Positions 62,015 to 64,000 of a stretch of 64,000 nt of DNA are shown in pieces. The position numbers were made by a program, and so were the translations under genes. Each line of letters opens with the position of its first letter. Position 1 is the stretch's first letter. The stretch covers positions 103,833-167,832 of the forward strand of contig NMRA01000517.1 in assembly GCA_002633005.1 (NCBI GenBank), read 5' to 3'. Origin of the DNA: Phoronis australis (Eukaryota > Animalia > Phoronida). The notes under the pieces were generated by a model, which had not been told where the DNA came from, ran no database searches, and worked only from the letters and a program-made list of their open reading frames with translations.

Positions 62015-63835
62015 GCCACTCTAAGGAATAATGTTGAACATAATACAGCATGTGGTAATTAAAAGTACTGATCAGATGATTATGAATAACAAACAGAACC
62101 GCTTAAATGTATACAAAATACTTACACACTTTCCAACAGTCTTCAGAATTAGGAGAGCAAAATAATGTGTTTATTCATGTGATAATTAAATGTACAGACC
62201 AGTTCAGTACAGCAGATACCACATCACACCAAGAAAAGCTGTGTAAAAAGTTATGAAAGGCCCTTGAAAAAAGGTCGGATTTTGACCAAATTCGGAACAT
62301 TGTTTTTCAGAAATGGCAGACCAGATTAGAGACCGGGCCCAGATTCATATGAAACTTGCTTTATGCTTCGTTCTCCAAAATAATGAGTGGACTTGTCTTT
62401 AAAATATTCCACTTTTGCATGACGAACTATGAAAAAATTAAACTGATATGATTTTTATGAAAAAAATAAAGTTACATGAAACGAATAACAAAATAATTTA
62501 GAAAATTTTAACAGTGTTGTCCTGATGTGATCTGTAACTACCATGTGAAATTTGGTGGTATTTTGTTAAATGTTAGTGAAGAAGCATGGTCATATGACCT
62601 CATGACCTAATTAAGGGACGATTGGTATAAAGGAAAAAATCGAATTCTGTGGAACAGAAAACTGGTCGGAGTCAAGGCCAATGACTTGGTGTAAGTACTC
62701 TTGAAAGGCAAGAGCTATCCTCAAGAATGTGTCGGTTTTCTTTAATGGGCAGGCTATGTAATGGGGTCTGTTTTCGCCAAAACCACCACACTTCTAAATC
62801 GATTTTTACATACGCTCAATACCTAGTATAGGCCTTACACATTGATCACTATGTCATCTAGCAGTATTAAGAAAATGACATAAGCATGGGTTCAAGAAAA
62901 TTAAATACCTCATTTATGCACAATACATTCCCACTAGTACAAAACTATGAATTTATTACCCACGGTAAAATCAACAATGTTGACATCAGCATTTTCATTT
63001 CATTTGCCAACTTCCACTCCAATGTTGATGTGAAAACAACGCAACTACAGGACTTAACACTTGTAGATTGAATTTCCACTTGCCTACCATGCTTAATTGC
63101 AGAATCAACCATTAAGAAAGTGCCCACATGTTCCGGTGCTCAACCTGTAGGTTGTTTTGTCATATTTCCAATGATGTGGAAAGCAATAAACAAGTAGTTG
63201 AAACTTGCCTTTACAGTCATTGTACAACAAAAAACACTACACTGGCAGCAATCATTGAACAAGCCTCCCTTCCATACCTCTGAACACTATGCTAACAGCA
63301 ATCATTGAACAAGCCTCCCTTCCATACCTCTGAACACTATGCTAGCAGCAATCATTGAAGAAGCCTCCCTTCAATACCTTTGAACACTTGCCACAATGGT
63401 GATAATTGCCAACTGTTCCTTTGAGGACATGCAAAAGCAATTAAGGAAAGAACTCCCACTCATAAATCTTCCATTGTCATGGCTGCAATGTTTCATGCAC
63501 TTGGTAGCATTAACCTTCCTCAACTATTTAGACATGTAAATGAATTTGTTACCAGTTAGTGGGTGAATATAGGTTTGTTGAAACCTGATTGAATACTTCA
63601 GTAAAGTTGGCAGCAAGGTAAACAGAATGCATGAGATGAGGTGCGTAGGTTACAGATTCCACCCACAGGGGTCTCTCGTTTACCATGCTATAACCTCACC
63701 TCAACCCTGAGAGCATTGAGTACACGCGGCATAAGTGAGGCACAATGTATTAAGGAAGCTTGAAATCCCTATGGCAACACTGATTAAACTTGAGCAGTTT
63801 TGCCATAAGTGGGCTTCAAGCTTTTTGGAACAACA

Positions 63836-64000
63836 GCACTAATACAGCCTGGAACAAGGCACTAATACAGCCTGGAACAAGGCACTAATACAGCCTGGAA
63901 CAAGGCACTAATACAGCCTGGAACAAGGCACTAATACAGCCTGGAACAAGGCACTAATACAGCCTGGAACAAGGCACTAATACAGCCTGGAACAAGGCAC
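63836..64000. repeat. 23-bp minisatellite running off the window end
   Basis: GGCACTAATACAGCCTGGAACAA. Confidence 0.95.

Noticed and set aside
62261-62617. Possible MITE with CCCTT..AGGTC ends
   Set aside because: The TIR is short and imperfect, with no TSD.

Overview
This is intron-rich, repeat-dense eukaryotic DNA, most likely from an invertebrate animal. It is not prokaryotic, and the ORF track is mostly spurious. Three spliced genes can be rebuilt with GT-AG introns and consistent phases. (1) The last 10 coding exons of an uncharacterised + strand gene (275-11248). (2) A complete prohibitin-1 (16864-25180, +, 6 coding exons, 271 aa). (3) A convergent R3HDM/encore/ARPP21-family RNA-binding gene (53583-30861, -, 17 coding exons, about 936 aa; R3H, SUZ, P/Q-rich region and C-terminal RRM-like domain). 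Introns and spacers hold many transposon relics: two Kolobok-type elements (THAP remnant plus a P2X7-C-terminus/KolX-like remnant), Penelope-like GIY-YIG fragments with inverted ends carrying hammerhead-like motifs, Helentron-type elements carrying CTCF-consensus motifs, hAT/Harbinger/Tc1 MITEs (some with 5-bp TSDs), a Tx1-like LINE fragment and dozens of minisatellites. The most unusual pattern is that minisatellites repeatedly begin inside an exon end and multiply the splice donor (also one acceptor and one stop codon), in some cases in frame. Single Ns at 17098, 43860 and 61487 probably mark assembly joins. All coordinates were counted by hand and no database search was run.
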